NCBI RefSeq assembly: GCF_964355755.1
Contig: NC_092672.1
Coordinates: 33,672,437-33,736,436 of the forward strand
Length of the DNA stretch: 64,000 bases
Source of the DNA: Antedon mediterranea
Taxonomy: Eukaryota > Animalia > Echinodermata
Direction: 5' to 3'
The notes under the pieces are model-generated. The model did no database searches. It was given only the letters and a program-made list of their open reading frames with translations, and had not been told where the DNA came from. Within the stretch, counting starts at the first letter, position 1; each line of letters begins with the position of its first letter. The position numbers and the translations under genes were made by a program. Of this stretch, positions 62,701-64,000 are shown piece by piece.

Positions 62701-63135
62701 TGGTGTAATGATAATTTTGGACTAGCATGTGATAGGCATGGGTTCGAGCCTATCTGTACCATACTGATTGTATCCTTATGCTTCACTCTCATTGCCTCGT
62801 CCTTTAGGATGGATGTAAAGCTGTTGGTCCCATTAGTGCCCATTAAAGAACTTGCTACACTAAAAAAGAGTAGGGATTGTCTCCCGGGGTGCTGATCTGG
62901 TAGGCGCTGCACTGCTGACTGCCGTGTGTCCATGTAGGGTTGAAATTTTCTGTTTCCAGTTATGCTTGAAGATCTTAATATATAAATTTACTTTTGTTTG
63001 CAGTCGAAAGCATAAGAGTACACCGGTAGACCCAGCTGTGTTTACTTGTATTAGTATGTTAGCCAAAGCAGTGGGAACTAGCATTATAAATGATATTAAA
63101 GATCTTCTTGAGCCTATGTTGGCTGTTGGCCTCAG
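56747..63135 (+). CDS. MTOR: Serine/threonine-protein kinase mTOR, N-terminal HEAT region, 3'-incomplete; exons 56747-56960, 57301-57536, 57724-57825, 58177-58275, 58826-58960, 59386-59448, 59791-59967, 60579-60694, 62186-62231, 62414-62550, 63004-63135
   Basis: Motifs LQQFVSGLKSRNDEVRNKAAKNLQHYVTTELRE, RFANYLRN, EYVEFEVRRALE, VLVLKELA..PTFFFQQVQ.FFDNIF, ERSSAFQALGLLAV and VFTCISMLA; GT-AG exons in frame. Confidence 0.96.
60150..60520 (-). mobile_element. tRNA-derived SINE with a Deu/Nin-domain-like body (MTOR intron)
   Basis: Head gagtggccgagcggttaagac...gggttcgag; body ctcggataaggac...ttaaagaacc...gagtagggggttacccgg. Confidence 0.65.
61125..61935. repeat. ~370-bp tandem repeat, about 2.2 copies, in an MTOR intron
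   Basis: tactaattagatgtttgattcttgggttatt...taccccctaccccaaaaa starts at about 61130, 61503 and 61872. Confidence 0.85.
62606..62935 (+). mobile_element. SINE with a 5S rRNA-derived head, a tRNA-like segment and a Deu-domain-like body (MTOR intron)
   Basis: 5S-like ggccatac...tggatgggagacc.tctgggaat...ggtgctgta; tRNA-like gatggtgtaatga...gggttcgagcc; body gtcctttaggatgga.gtaaagc...cattaaagaac...aagagtaggg. Confidence 0.65.
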
Positions 63136-63167
63136 GTATGTAACAATGTCTATGATATTAATAATAA

Positions 63168-63596
63168 CAGTCACTGAATTTTAATATCTTTTCGTATGTT
63201 AATACACTATGCTCAAGTGGACCCAATTTGGCGCCAGGAGAGCACAGTGATATAAATAGAAATAAGTCACTGAATGTTAATATATTTTCGTATGTTAATA
63301 CACTGTGCTCAAGTGGACCAAATTTGGAGCCAGGGGAGCACAGTGATAAAAAATATAAATAAGTCACTGAATTTTAATATCTTTTCGTATGTTAATACAC
63401 TGTGCTCAAGAAGTGGACCCAATTTGGAGCCAGTCGAGCACAGTGATAAAAAATAGAAATAAGTCACTGAATTTTGATATCGTTTCGTATGTTAATACAC
63501 TGTGCTCAACTGGACCCAATTTGGAGCTAGGGGAGCACAGTGATATAAAATATAAATAAGTCACTGAATTTTAATATCTTTTCGTATGTTAATACT
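63168..63596. repeat. Minisatellite, ~97-bp unit, about 4.4 copies (MTOR intron)
   Basis: Unit aagtcactgaattttaatatcttttcgtatgttaatacactgtgctcaagtggacccaatttggagc...gagcacagtgat. Confidence 0.92.
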
Positions 63597-64000
63597 CTAA
63601 TAATAATTCGCAGTACTAGACTTACCATTTATTTTGTATCACCAGCATGTATATATTATACAGTATTTCTTTTACAATATTTCTATAAATGTAATCTAAA
63701 TAATCATAATAAACGGCAAAACATGCTATTTGATACAAAATTGGTTATGCAATAAGCCGAAGCTCTTAAACACATTACCCTTTAAATAATATCTAATAAA
63801 AGTAAAAATATCAAATATTGTTAACAAGGTATTTATAATTATTTGATAAATCACTGAGGCAAGAGTAACCTATGAATATACTATTATTAGACAACTAGTT
63901 TCCGCTGTAAACTTTTTGAAAAAATGTTGCGCATCTGAAATGTATCTTTACCATAGGCTTTGCTTCTTTTTATGTTTTTTCTGCCCATATATTAGAAGAG

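Overview
AT-rich, intron-containing animal genomic DNA. It is probably from a marine invertebrate deuterostome such as an echinoderm; this is inferred from the gene content, the TE families and the frequent TAGGCCTA motifs. Host genes in order: 3' part of a polyhomeotic/PHC gene (+), two tandem paralogs of a secreted SE-cephalotoxin/rapunzel-like protein (-) produced by a segmental duplication, SDHB (+), intronless UBIAD1 (-), and the 5' part of MTOR (+), head-to-head with UBIAD1. Much of the rest is deeply nested transposable elements whose ends and target-site duplications (TSDs) can be read directly: P-like, Kolobok-like, AcademX, PIF/Harbinger, hAT, CACTA-like, ISL2EU-like, MULE-like and Tc1/pogo elements, a CR1-group LINE, and SINEs. 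The main highlights are (1) toxin-like paralogs whose mature coding region has diverged far more than their signal peptide and flanks, (2) 23-27 bp CA..TG micro-inserts with 7-8 bp TSDs that look like P-element excision footprints, (3) a chimeric 5S+tRNA-headed Deu-domain-like SINE, (4) a LINE ORF that becomes intact once two DNA transposons are removed, and (5) UBIAD1-MTOR microsynteny shared with vertebrates. All family assignments are by eye; no database searches were run.
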